Assembly: GCA_026066175.1 (NCBI GenBank)
Contig: GCA_026066175.1_4721.1
Direction: 5' to 3' (one strand)
Source: a phage
Length of the DNA stretch: 64,000 bases
Shown: positions 28,578-37,702 of the stretch, in pieces
Layout of the letters: the number at the start of each line of letters is the position of its first letter
Numbering within the stretch: the first letter of the stretch is position 1
Program-made: the position numbers and the translations under genes
The notes under the pieces: generated by a model
Seen by the model: only the letters and a program-made list of their open reading frames with translations
What the model was told of the DNA's origin: nothing
Databases searched by the model: none

Positions 28578-30164
28578 TTATTTTTTTCCTCTTAAATTTA
28601 CTACATGTTCATTTAATCGAACAACTAATTGCACAAGCTGCTGACGGATATCTGCTGGGCAAAGCATCAATCCTTTACGATCAGCGGGGACTTTCTCAAG
28701 GATTTCAGGGCCTGCTGCTGAAACATCCCAATCCCATTCACAAAACGCATCGGCTACCATGTTAATACCGACAACCGGTAAAGTTGTACGTTCATCTTCA
28801 TACATGGCATGCGGATACAATTTATTGACGGTAATAATCTCCTGTGGTTTTAATTGGTGGATAATCTGATAAACATCATCACGTTTAACCTGGATGCCTA
28901 CGGTTAATGCGGCCAGTTGAGGGAAACCCCAATGGTCTAACAAGCATGCCGCAATCGCTAACGCTTTTGCCTGATGCACGGCTTCAATCGGTGCCAGACT
29001 TCTCGCCGGAAGATGGCTGTCCAACAACCATTGCGCCAGTGCTCGGCATCCGCGATTGATCGGTTTTAACTCAACGGTATCATCATGCTTCGCGTAGGTG
29101 TATCCGTCGTAACGTTTTGCGATACGCGCATACATGTCTTCAACCTTACCGTACGGTGCGGTTTCATCAACGTCGTGTAACACCCGTTCCATCTGGGTAA
29201 GATAAGCGATATCAAGAATGAGTACACGTGGTGAACGTTTATCTTTCACCATCAGCGCATCAATCACACCTTGGCTATCTTCATCTTGCGCATTCCCTCG
29301 CGGAGTTTTCTCACGTATGGGTCCGCTGAAACGACGTTCCGTACAGAGGTTATTCACATAACTGAAAATCAGCGTCACCAGATGCGTACAACTGACCAAC
29401 ACCCCATCTTTAACGACGGGCTGCACGGCTTGGTCCAAATCACGTACCGCAAGGCGTCTGACGATGGCTTGCGAACGCAACCAACCCGGCACTTTTTCTG
29501 TTGACATGTAATCCACGGTCATCGACAACGTGATCTTTTTATCGCCTGTCTGTGCACGGATATAGTCTTCCAGTCGGTCATAAGCTGCGATATCATGAAT
29601 GCGTGTTTTATACATCAGCGACATCGCCACTTCTTCTTTACGTACTGTCCCGTACGTTTTCCCCGCATCAATCAGGAACTCAGCCCAGATAGGCACCATC
29701 AAACGAACGTAAATCGCTAACGCGGTTAACTCAACATAATCGTTTCGTAAATAGGTTTTCTCTGGGATATCATCCTCGCCTAATGTCGTTTTCATATCCG
29801 GCGGTAATTTTACCCAACCTGGGGTATTACACAACGCCAGAATCTCTTCGTATACAACAGGTTTGTAGATTTCACCAACAGCGCGGCTCAGCTCCTCCAT
29901 TTGTTGTTGTGGCGCAATGTAATTATCCATCGCTTCACGTGCTTTAACGAACCCTTCAAAGATATCATCGGTTCGACGTGGGTTCTTTTGCTCTATCCAG
30001 GCAAGATACTTGTTAATCTCTCGCATCTGATTGCTGGCCATATCCCCATCGATCTTGATATACCCTTGGCCTGAAAATTCCACGGTACGTCCATCACGAT
30101 GTTTGATAAGATAATGGTCTAGCTTTTCTTTGCCTTGCGTCGTAATGACGGGCACAATGTGCAT
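28578..30164 (-). CDS. Hypothetical protein (528 aa)
   Basis: Long ORF; promoter motif copy D lies about 55 nt upstream. Confidence 0.45.
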   Translation of the reverse strand: MHIVPVITTQGKEKLDHYLIKHRDGRTVEFSGQGYIKIDGDMASNQMREINKYLAWIEQKNPRRTDDIFEGFVKAREAMDNYIAPQQQMEELSRAVGEIYKPVVYEEILALCNTPGWVKLPPDMKTTLGEDDIPEKTYLRNDYVELTALAIYVRLMVPIWAEFLIDAGKTYGTVRKEEVAMSLMYKTRIHDIAAYDRLEDYIRAQTGDKKITLSMTVDYMSTEKVPGWLRSQAIVRRLAVRDLDQAVQPVVKDGVLVSCTHLVTLIFSYVNNLCTERRFSGPIREKTPRGNAQDEDSQGVIDALMVKDKRSPRVLILDIAYLTQMERVLHDVDETAPYGKVEDMYARIAKRYDGYTYAKHDDTVELKPINRGCRALAQWLLDSHLPARSLAPIEAVHQAKALAIAACLLDHWGFPQLAALTVGIQVKRDDVYQIIHQLKPQEIITVNKLYPHAMYEDERTTLPVVGINMVADAFCEWDWDVSAAGPEILEKVPADRKGLMLCPADIRQQLVQLVVRLNEHVVNLRGKK

Positions 30165-30210
30165 AACAACCTCTTTTCGCGGTTCCCTGTTAAACGTTTT
30201 CTATAACGCC

Positions 30211-30248
30211 ATCAAGGAGGTAATATAAGCGTGAATAATTTTGGATTC
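30211..30248 (-). promoter_or_regulatory. Candidate phage early promoter, copy D
   Basis: Plus-strand ggaggtaatataagcgtgaataatt matches the motif shared with copies A to C. Confidence 0.35.
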
Positions 30249-30366
30249 CTGCTGAGTCATCGCTCAGCATGCAAGGCATCCCGCCGAAGCGAGACACCTT
30301 GCACTAACGGAAAATACTCGCGTTACCTTCTGAATCGAAGACCCAGAATGCGATACTAAAGCATCA

Positions 30367-31155
30367 TTAGAATGCTAAGCCATCAAAGGCGATTGACGGA
30401 TCATCATCGTCATTTGCGCTAGGCGCGTCCCAACGCGTGTCAGGGGCTGCTGGAGCCGAACTTGAGGCATTAGAGTTACCGTTGTACTGGCCGTTACCAG
30501 CATTACGGTTACCGCCACCGTTGTTATTGTTACGATTGTAGCTGTTGTTACCATTACTTACGCTACGGCTTTCACCGTCAAAGTTGGTTGCGAGGATGCT
30601 TGGTAACACCGCACGATGAATACGTACGAATTCCAGCGCACAAAGCGGAGAAACAACACCGATCTGCAAAGGTTGTCCAGACTCATCAACCAAAGCGTGG
30701 AAACGCGGTGGTTTGAACACGAATTGGATGTTCGGTTTTTGGTATGCGGTTACCGCGATGTACACCGAACCATCGTCATTCTTACCGACCCACGTTGTGC
30801 TCTCGGTAATCTGCTTTTTCTTACCTGGGTTATTGCGATCATCGATAACCTTTTCGTTCTTCATCGCAAAGCGTTGACCAGGTTTACCCTTAGCAACCTG
30901 CTCAAGGATCGCCAGTAGGTTATAGAACGCGTATGAACTCATACGTGCCCAAATGCTTTCAGCACGACCCTGTTGGTCTTTACGTCCTGTATAAACCGTA
31001 ATACGTGGTTGATTTTTAGCGACGCTAATTTTCAATGATGGAATTGAATTACCGCCCTCAACCTTCTCGTCCGCCCACAGTTTCCAGTTGTTGTCGTCAT
31101 AAGCCGTAGGAATGATATTTCCTTGTGGTTTACTGCCCGAATTCCAATTGCTCAT
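30367..31155 (-). CDS. Putative ssDNA-binding-like protein with Gly/Asn-rich linker and acidic C-terminal tip
   Basis: C-terminus ...NGGGNRNAGNGQYNGNSNASSS...DDDDPSIAFDGLAF resembles the disordered linker and acidic tail of bacterial and phage SSBs. Confidence 0.3.
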   Translation of the reverse strand: MSNWNSGSKPQGNIIPTAYDDNNWKLWADEKVEGGNSIPSLKISVAKNQPRITVYTGRKDQQGRAESIWARMSSYAFYNLLAILEQVAKGKPGQRFAMKNEKVIDDRNNPGKKKQITESTTWVGKNDDGSVYIAVTAYQKPNIQFVFKPPRFHALVDESGQPLQIGVVSPLCALEFVRIHRAVLPSILATNFDGESRSVSNGNNSYNRNNNNGGGNRNAGNGQYNGNSNASSSAPAAPDTRWDAPSANDDDDPSIAFDGLAF

Positions 31156-31229
31156 TTTCAGCCTCGTTACGTAGTGTGAATCAATTTCTGACTTCAGATG
31201 ATAGTCAATATTAGTTAAAAATTACAGCC

Positions 31230-32018
31230 TCAACGAAACATGTCCAACAGAAAACGTTTCGCAAACGGGTCTCGTAATTGGTTAACGCCGAAGCGGGTAC
31301 GGTCTTCCGTGGTTAACGGATTCCATTGACTTTGTTTCGCAAGGTCTAATAACATCCTTTTTACTTTCACCGGTCCGCTATTGAACTGTACCGCTTGGTC
31401 ACCGAACGTACCCAGGGTCATTTTCGTAAAGGGGAGGTTCGCAACCTCTGGACGATCACCCCCCGTCAGTTTGGTTGACCATTGATGTTTTCGTTTCAAA
31501 GTTCCGGTATGGCTCTCTACCAAAATAAGTTCACCAAAACCGGTTCTTGCTAACAGGTCAGAAACATAATGGGTGGTGATATACGACGTCTTGGTTATCG
31601 TGGGTAATTTACAATCCATTGATTCGATATTCGGAAACTTCTCTACCGACGATAGCAACCCATGATAAAGTGCTGCAAGCCCTTTTTGTTTTTCGGTATG
31701 CGGCTCCTTGTGTATGGCGTGCGGATAAACACGCTTGATCGATGCGTAGGTTGGCGCATAAATCCGTAAACGAATATGCGGGATAACTTCGTTAGCCAGT
31801 TGCCGTAATTGCGACAATTCGTTTTGGAAATCACCAGCAATCATTGACACCGGTAATCGGTGCTGCTCAACATCCTCGTAGCTTTCAACGAAGTTACGTG
31901 CTAACGTACGCAGGTTAAAAAGCCAATCCATCGGCGTCTCCGGCTGTTGCTGTATTGCCGTGAGTGTTACCGACGTCCCTACCGATAACGGATAATCACC
32001 TAACGAGCGGGTGTACAT
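31230..32018 (-). CDS. Hypothetical protein (262 aa)
   Basis: ORF on the gene strand. Confidence 0.4.
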   Translation of the reverse strand: MYTRSLGDYPLSVGTSVTLTAIQQQPETPMDWLFNLRTLARNFVESYEDVEQHRLPVSMIAGDFQNELSQLRQLANEVIPHIRLRIYAPTYASIKRVYPHAIHKEPHTEKQKGLAALYHGLLSSVEKFPNIESMDCKLPTITKTSYITTHYVSDLLARTGFGELILVESHTGTLKRKHQWSTKLTGGDRPEVANLPFTKMTLGTFGDQAVQFNSGPVKVKRMLLDLAKQSQWNPLTTEDRTRFGVNQLRDPFAKRFLLDMFR

Positions 32019-32029
32019 ATCACTCCCTC

Positions 32030-33175
32030 TTATAGCGGTAACGTATCAAGCCATGCAGAAACCTTCAGGGCATCAACGTTCGGATATTTATTGCGTACAC
32101 GTTCAACCAATAAACGCTTCACGTTGTCTTTTGTCAAGTCCCCACCTTTCTCGATAACGTTGTTAACAAAACTGTTCTTTAATAACGATTGGTTATTTTT
32201 GGCATCGGTTTTAATCGACCAAATGAAACCTGGGTATAAAGCAGGAATAGAACGGAACGTTTTCGCTGCATCATCTTCCTTATCGCAACGGATTCGGATA
32301 TGATCCCCTTTTTTCAATGAGGCAAGTTCCCGTTCCAAAACACGTACGATTTCATCGCCAACAAGACCATGCAATTTTATCGTCTTGTAGACATCGGCTT
32401 TCTTGTTCTCAACGAACTCCCATTGGTCATTGAACGATTCGGTTAATGCGTATCGAAGATAACCTTTCGGACCTTCTTCTCCATGCGCAAGACGTCCGAA
32501 CGAACCTCCCACCATGATACGCCCTTTCTGCGACTGTAAGTGAATATGCCCACTTACAATCCATCCTTGCGTTTTCTCCACCATCACGTTATACGCATCG
32601 CTGCTATGCACACATGTTGCTTTTAACGCTTCGGGTGGTAGTTGATACTCAAACGCACCGTGCATCAGAATAAAGTCGGGCGATCCTTTCTCATCAATGA
32701 GTTTGTTCACAGCTGCTAACGTCACGTCTGGGTCATGGCTGTAGTTATCAGGAAGATAAAGCACTTTCAACCCGAAGTCTTCATCGACCATGCAGAGATC
32801 GTCATAGTAACGAACTTTCGCACCGATTTCCATGACTTCATTCTGTTCCACAAACCACTGGCTTTGCTTCTGATCGTGTAAGTTGGTGCCCTCAAGAAAG
32901 ATCAACGTAATATCGTGTTTTCTTGCGTATCTTAACAGCCAGGTACCCCAGGCACGAACAGCAACCACATCGCTTGTTACAAAGGTCGTAATACGGTCGA
33001 AGACATCACCACTGAATGTAATCACGTCGAGTAACGCCGGGTCCTCTTTCGTGATGTAATAACGCAGCTGGCTAATCAGGTTTACCGTTGGCGTTTGACG
33101 ATGGATAAAATGAATATCCGATAAATTGATTCCTCGTAATACCCCAGGCGTTTTATTTCGGCTGAAGTCTCGCAT
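32030..33175 (-). CDS. Calcineurin-like metallophosphoesterase, Mre11/SbcD-like nuclease candidate
   Basis: Ordered motifs LSDIHF, FSGDVFD, EGTNLHD, LMHGAF and VSGHIHL. Confidence 0.45.
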   Translation of the reverse strand: MRDFSRNKTPGVLRGINLSDIHFIHRQTPTVNLISQLRYYITKEDPALLDVITFSGDVFDRITTFVTSDVVAVRAWGTWLLRYARKHDITLIFLEGTNLHDQKQSQWFVEQNEVMEIGAKVRYYDDLCMVDEDFGLKVLYLPDNYSHDPDVTLAAVNKLIDEKGSPDFILMHGAFEYQLPPEALKATCVHSSDAYNVMVEKTQGWIVSGHIHLQSQKGRIMVGGSFGRLAHGEEGPKGYLRYALTESFNDQWEFVENKKADVYKTIKLHGLVGDEIVRVLERELASLKKGDHIRIRCDKEDDAAKTFRSIPALYPGFIWSIKTDAKNNQSLLKNSFVNNVIEKGGDLTKDNVKRLLVERVRNKYPNVDALKVSAWLDTLPL

Positions 33176-33951
33176 TAGAATTCCTCTAAATCGTTGCTGC
33201 TGATCGTCCCGGTTGTCGACGGAATATTGCTACGACCTGCTGTTGTCGAAGCCGGTGCGGCCAGGTTCAGTCCGTTCAATAACCCACGCTCTTTTACCGT
33301 ACGACGTGAGCCGTCACGAACATCATAAAGAGGTACGTTATAATGGTCGAAAATCCGAAGCCATTGTACGTAATCCGCAACCACATGTTCTTTGCTCTCG
33401 TTCGGCGCAAAACGATCGAGTTGGTGGTCAACGTAAGCTTTTGCGCTTTCAGGATTGAAATTGTACTGTCGGCGGGCCTTGTCCACCATCGCAAGAAAAC
33501 AGGTGTTAGGGTCGCGGTTGATATACGAACGCGTTCTGATGAAAATCGCTGGGACCGTAAACAGAACCTTGTTGTTATTTCCATCAGCAACAATGTTAAC
33601 AGCACGGTGTGGCTGACCGGCGATTTTACACCAGTCGTGAACGATGGTACTATTACTCAACATCTCTGCGTATTCAGGGTCCTGCGAAAACATGCCTGCG
33701 AACGGATGCAGGAAATGTCTCACGAACAACGATTCAGGCAGGATGTTGGGACGCGTCATCTCCTGTAACCCTTTTCGTAGAAGCTCGCTGTTGTCGACTA
33801 ACTCCTGCCATATGTCCGGTCGTGTTTTCGGAATAGAAGGATCCTGAGCGCGGCGGATACGTTCTTCCTCGTTTACCACCACTACCCCAGCCGGATACCC
33901 TAGTAAATCCGTTCCTTCGTTAACGTTGCTGTTAGTTTGGCGCGCCTTCAT
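33175..33951 (-). CDS. Hypothetical protein (258 aa)
   Basis: ORF on the gene strand. Confidence 0.4.
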   Translation of the reverse strand: MKARQTNSNVNEGTDLLGYPAGVVVVNEEERIRRAQDPSIPKTRPDIWQELVDNSELLRKGLQEMTRPNILPESLFVRHFLHPFAGMFSQDPEYAEMLSNSTIVHDWCKIAGQPHRAVNIVADGNNNKVLFTVPAIFIRTRSYINRDPNTCFLAMVDKARRQYNFNPESAKAYVDHQLDRFAPNESKEHVVADYVQWLRIFDHYNVPLYDVRDGSRRTVKERGLLNGLNLAAPASTTAGRSNIPSTTGTISSNDLEEF

Positions 33952-34339
33952 TTACTTCCTCCTGCCATTTAACAAAGTTACCGCGTTCAGATCGCAAAAC
34001 ACCGCTTAAATCGTACGACATGCCTTTCTCTGTGACAATCCCTCCAATCTGGAGATCGACACGTTCCGTCGTTGAATCAATATACTTAACACGGACTTTT
34101 AGTTCCACGCGATCATAATACCGCATTAAATAGTCGTACAACATTCGATACGTCGCATCTTCTAATTTAGGTGCGCTGTATTGCGATGTTGCAATCAGGT
34201 ACGGTAATGAAACGATGGAACCTTGGTAACAATACGATTGGGAGTAGTTCGATATTGCAAAATTGGTCATGAGTCCATCTAGCTTCTTACCTGACGCTGT
34301 TAAAAAGCTTGATAGTCCTGGTAATGGATTCGACGCCAT
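33932..34339 (-). CDS. Hypothetical protein
   Basis: Start trimmed to ATG 34339..34337, preceded by GAGGAG; this removes the apparent overlap with 34353..34805. Confidence 0.4.
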   Translation of the reverse strand: MASNPLPGLSSFLTASGKKLDGLMTNFAISNYSQSYCYQGSIVSLPYLIATSQYSAPKLEDATYRMLYDYLMRYYDRVELKVRVKYIDSTTERVDLQIGGIVTEKGMSYDLSGVLRSERGNFVKWQEEVNEGAPN

Positions 34340-34352
34340 GAGGAACTCCTCG

Positions 34353-34805
34353 TTATTTTCGGTTGAGCGCTGCCAGCGTTTCGTAATCAGGCATGTGCCC
34401 CAATTGAAGATCAACAGGAACAGATGTTTGTGCCGCTGGTCCGTGGAATATTCGTTTATGCATATCGATATACCCGCATTCCAAACAAACAACATCAGCC
34501 AATTCCGACGGGTGATGTGGCGGGTCAATCCGTAAACGTTTATAATATTCCAACTGCCACCAGGCATGGAAATAGTTGTTGTATGCTGCTGACTTCTGGT
34601 TCGCGCATTTAAGTCCGTAAAGCACCCAAAGCTCAGCCATGAATTTCTTCATGTTTTCAATCGCGGGTACATCAGGTTTCATCACGGTAGAAATAAAAAG
34701 CAATGGTGAGTTATTATCACCAAAACAACCTTGTAGTGTATTACCAAAACGTTCAATATCCAGGCAAAGATACTCGCTTGATTTACCCTCAAAATGAACC
34801 GTCAT
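34353..34805 (-). CDS. Hypothetical protein (150 aa)
   Basis: ORF on the gene strand. Confidence 0.4.
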   Translation of the reverse strand: MTVHFEGKSSEYLCLDIERFGNTLQGCFGDNNSPLLFISTVMKPDVPAIENMKKFMAELWVLYGLKCANQKSAAYNNYFHAWWQLEYYKRLRIDPPHHPSELADVVCLECGYIDMHKRIFHGPAAQTSVPVDLQLGHMPDYETLAALNRK

Positions 34806-34929
34806 CGATATCTCCCATTAAAAACGTTTTCTATTTCATAGAGTGCTGGAAATTCGTAGAAAATTACAAAAAGAAAAAGAAGGGCGCGGCCCCTCCCCAC
34901 CCGAGGGCAGGGAGAAACCGCAGATATCA

Positions 34930-35394
34930 TTAAACCAGCGCCGCGATAACGTCGTTGACGTTGCGACCGCGCAGCTCAGCCGCTAAGCGAATCACTTCAT
35001 CCAGGGAACGCGTTGTACGAATCTTGGCCACTTTCCAATTTTCAGGATACTGTTCGAAGTTCAGCAGCCAGGTCATGACTTTCGCTTGTTCCACACCGTT
35101 CAGCTTGATGGTCGTACGCGGATTGGCTTTAAACCACTTCTTGCTTAACTGTGCCATACGGCGAACAGGGTAAGCATAAGCGCGAGTCCAGTCTTTGGAC
35201 AGATTGTCGAGTAATTCACGATAGCTGCTGTCGTAGTCTTTGTTAATACGACGTAACAGCCAGTTGGCGGTCATCTGGTAGAGTTTATCGTCTTCACGTA
35301 AACGCATACCTGCCATCGCTAAATAAACAATAAGGCCCGCACCCATAATCAGAGACAGGATAAACAGAATTTGAGTTTCTTGAGCTAATGTCAT
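34930..35394 (-). CDS. Putative membrane protein with one N-terminal transmembrane helix
   Basis: ILFILSLIMGAGLIVYLAMAG hydrophobic segment; start trimmed to ATG 35394, preceded by GAGGAT. Confidence 0.4.
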   Translation of the reverse strand: MTLAQETQILFILSLIMGAGLIVYLAMAGMRLREDDKLYQMTANWLLRRINKDYDSSYRELLDNLSKDWTRAYAYPVRRMAQLSKKWFKANPRTTIKLNGVEQAKVMTWLLNFEQYPENWKVAKIRTTRSLDEVIRLAAELRGRNVNDVIAALV

Positions 35395-35485
35395 TTTACT
35401 ATCCTCGGATTTATTAGGATTTGATTTCCAATATAAGGACAACGCCTTATACAGTCGATTGATGTTGTACATCGCATCTGTGATG

Positions 35486-35525
35486 TATCACAGAAGTAAT
35501 ATAGCCGTGAAAATTATTGTATTAA
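35486..35525 (-). promoter_or_regulatory. Candidate phage early promoter, copy B
   Basis: Plus-strand cagaagtaatatagccgtgaaaattattgtatt is nearly identical to copy A. Confidence 0.4.
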
Positions 35526-36361
35526 CGTGTTCTCCTGTCACGATGGGTATATGACTGTAATCCGATGTCCATATGCGGTAACGTCAATGTTTGCCAGATC
35601 TGTTGTGCGTAGCGATCGAGTGTGTAGTCGTTGGTAACGCAGTCAACAGGTTCAATGAGATGCGTCGTATATTGACTTTTCTCTGAAAACGGATCAACGT
35701 TAGCAGTATCTCCTAGTCCGCTTTTCACCGTGAAAACAAGACGAGTAACCACCATCGCTTTACGTTGTTGCTCGTTATAACGAAGGCCACGATAAATCGC
35801 ATAGCTCGCGCCTTTCAGGCTTCGGGTATAACGAAGGTCAGATGTTGTCCCGCCAATTTGATGCAACATCCAGTCTAATGTATCCCGCCAGTATTTATCA
35901 TCCGTGTCAGGTACCTCGATACCGTAACGGGTGGGAAGCATATCCAGAAGCAGTTTGTAGAGTCCACGACGCAAGCCGTGTTCTTCTGTTTCTGATAACA
36001 TCTTTCCTCCAACATAACGAGAAATACGTGTTCGTAAATACGCACGAATAAACATGCACGTCATTACTGTTTTCGAGTGGCTGGTGATGTCTTCAAAAGT
36101 ATCAACACTGAAACTCGTTTCGATCAACCGTCCGTTAAAGTACAATGCAGCTACATACATCGCGCTACTGCTGTCTCGGTCGATGTTCAAACGACCGCAG
36201 ATATTGGCTGCGTCGTTCATGGTAAATTCGAGTTTGTCGTGTTCAATACGGTAGATAATATCTTCTTGGGTTGCCAGGCTCGCAATACGACGATAGCCTG
36301 GAGTAGTACGTTTAACGCTCATAATGGTCCTCGATTTCAATTTTAGGATTACAGACGGCAT
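35522..36361 (-). CDS. Hypothetical protein (279 aa)
   Basis: ORF on the gene strand. Confidence 0.4.
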   Translation of the reverse strand: MPSVILKLKSRTIMSVKRTTPGYRRIASLATQEDIIYRIEHDKLEFTMNDAANICGRLNIDRDSSSAMYVAALYFNGRLIETSFSVDTFEDITSHSKTVMTCMFIRAYLRTRISRYVGGKMLSETEEHGLRRGLYKLLLDMLPTRYGIEVPDTDDKYWRDTLDWMLHQIGGTTSDLRYTRSLKGASYAIYRGLRYNEQQRKAMVVTRLVFTVKSGLGDTANVDPFSEKSQYTTHLIEPVDCVTNDYTLDRYAQQIWQTLTLPHMDIGLQSYTHRDRRTR

Positions 36362-36364
36362 AAA

Positions 36365-36390
36365 CCCTCCCCGCGCTATGCAGGGAGGGT
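36365..36390. terminator. GC-rich hairpin (ccctcccc / gggagggt)
   Basis: Inverted repeat in the intergenic gap. Confidence 0.45.
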
Positions 36391-36412
36391 AGCCATTGGT
36401 TGTCTTCGCCGG

Positions 36413-37051
36413 TTAGCCTAATTTACCTCCGGCGATGTTCGTGAAGTCTTCACCATCAGGGACCTGCAACAGAATACGTGCCATGTCCCAGTTGGTCAAT
36501 GTGATTGCTTTATCATCGATACTCAGTTCTGGTAGGTCGAGCTCATGATCATCGAACTCGTAGGAAATGCTCCATGTTTCATCAGTTTTAGGATCAGTTA
36601 TCAGCACACCGTCTGTTACACGCATGTAATCAGGGTGCAGCTCATTACTGAACGTGCTGAACGGATCGGTGTAACATTCAGCATAACCCTCGATCTGCTG
36701 ACGCTGTGCCTTCGTACGTAACTCAGGACACGCCATGATCAGCTGTCGGGAAATGCCGTTAGCCGCTCGGAAATCTTCCACGGTGATGCACGGCATCACC
36801 ACATCGTCATGGAAGATATTCTCCGACTGTCTCAACAAGGTCTTACGAAGTTCAGTATAGTTGATCTGATTGAACGTATCGAATGTTGCTAACGATTCCG
36901 CGTAAAAATGCTTTACGTGTTCGTTTGCGCCACCGAGACTGTTCATCAGCTTATGACCATACTCCATAAAGCTTTTATCGAGCCCAGTATTCATTTCTCC
37001 GAACCGTAGTGCACGATAGCTGTCTCGTCCACCTGTAAATATTTGCGCCAT
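36413..37051 (-). CDS. Hypothetical protein (212 aa)
   Basis: Immediately downstream of the beta-prime gene; N-terminus TGGRDSYRALRFGEM...FMEYG loosely recalls the beta GGQRFGEME...EAYG block. Confidence 0.4.
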   Translation of the reverse strand: MAQIFTGGRDSYRALRFGEMNTGLDKSFMEYGHKLMNSLGGANEHVKHFYAESLATFDTFNQINYTELRKTLLRQSENIFHDDVVMPCITVEDFRAANGISRQLIMACPELRTKAQRQQIEGYAECYTDPFSTFSNELHPDYMRVTDGVLITDPKTDETWSISYEFDDHELDLPELSIDDKAITLTNWDMARILLQVPDGEDFTNIAGGKLG

Positions 37052-37066
37052 TACAGGCGTCCTCCT

Positions 37067-37304
37067 TTAGCATTGGTTATTGATTGCTTCTATTTCATCG
37101 ATATACGGTTCTACGTCATCGCCCTCCACGAATTCGTTGAACCAACAGTCAATCGTTGAGATAACCGGTGACTGATGTTCACATTTCTTAGATACCTTAA
37201 ACGGAACGTTGTTATCCATCATACCGAGTTCGGGTCGGAATCGCCCGAAATGTTTCGCAGTCCAAATGTCTGGGACGATATGGTTGTTCATAGCGTCTCC
37301 GTCG
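37067..37304 (-). CDS. RNA polymerase beta-prime N-terminal subunit, exon 3
   Basis: Frame is open upstream of the track ATG back to the proposed 3' splice site; the exon begins c-gac-gga-gac (xDGD) and continues AMNNHIVP...LGMMDNN, which aligns with beta-prime DGDQMAVHVP...LMMSTNN. Confidence 0.6.
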
Positions 37305-37683
37305 CTGTTTGTCGACTATATCTTCATCTTCATTGCGAAGAGACTCTCGTTTGGGTTTGTGTTTAACAAAGCCTACTCTACTCAACATCGCGTCTTTCGA
37401 TAGTCTGTGAGCACACATCTTAACGAATATTCGTGGGTTCCTACAGACAGGTGAATATTCTTGTTGAGATGCTTCGCTGCGGATTATTCCCGTCCTACCT
37501 CTTTTACCATACCCAGTTCATTACGCTGGCCCTCATCGATGTCACCATGATGAGTTGGTGTGTAGTCCGATTACAGAAACTTCCCGTCAATTAGAGAGTT
37601 TTAACTATGCTCCTGTTACCAGGAACCAGATCCCGACGGCATCAATAAATCAACGTAAGTTATTGATTTAATTGAAAAAACTG
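37305..37683 (-). ncRNA. Group I intron 2 (about 379 nt)
   Basis: Minus-strand core elements AAUUGACGGGAAG (P), AAUAAUCCGCAGCG (Q), GCUCACAGACUAUCG (R) and GAAGAUAUAGUCG (S). Preceding exon ends in U, intron ends in G, and an internal GAUCUG can pair with exon CAGAUU. Confidence 0.6.
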
Positions 37684-37702
37684 AAATCTGCATTATCTAA
37701 AC
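37684..37702 (-). CDS. RNA polymerase beta-prime, 19-nt mini-exon (exon 2)
   Basis: gtttagataatgcagattt supplies (C)LDNADF when joined to the flanking exons. Confidence 0.55.

Noticed and set aside
33932-34567. Extended 211-aa version of the ORF, overlapping 34353..34805 by about 215 nt
   Set aside because: The N-terminal 76 residues look non-protein-like; the internal ATG at 34339 has a perfect GAGGAG Shine-Dalgarno and removes the overlap.
37175-37418. Short ORFs inside the intron region (37175..37366 +, 37209..37403 +, 37212..37418 -)
   Set aside because: They overlap conserved group I core elements or exon 3 antisense, lack a ribosome-binding site, and run in both orientations; most likely chance ORFs in structured RNA.
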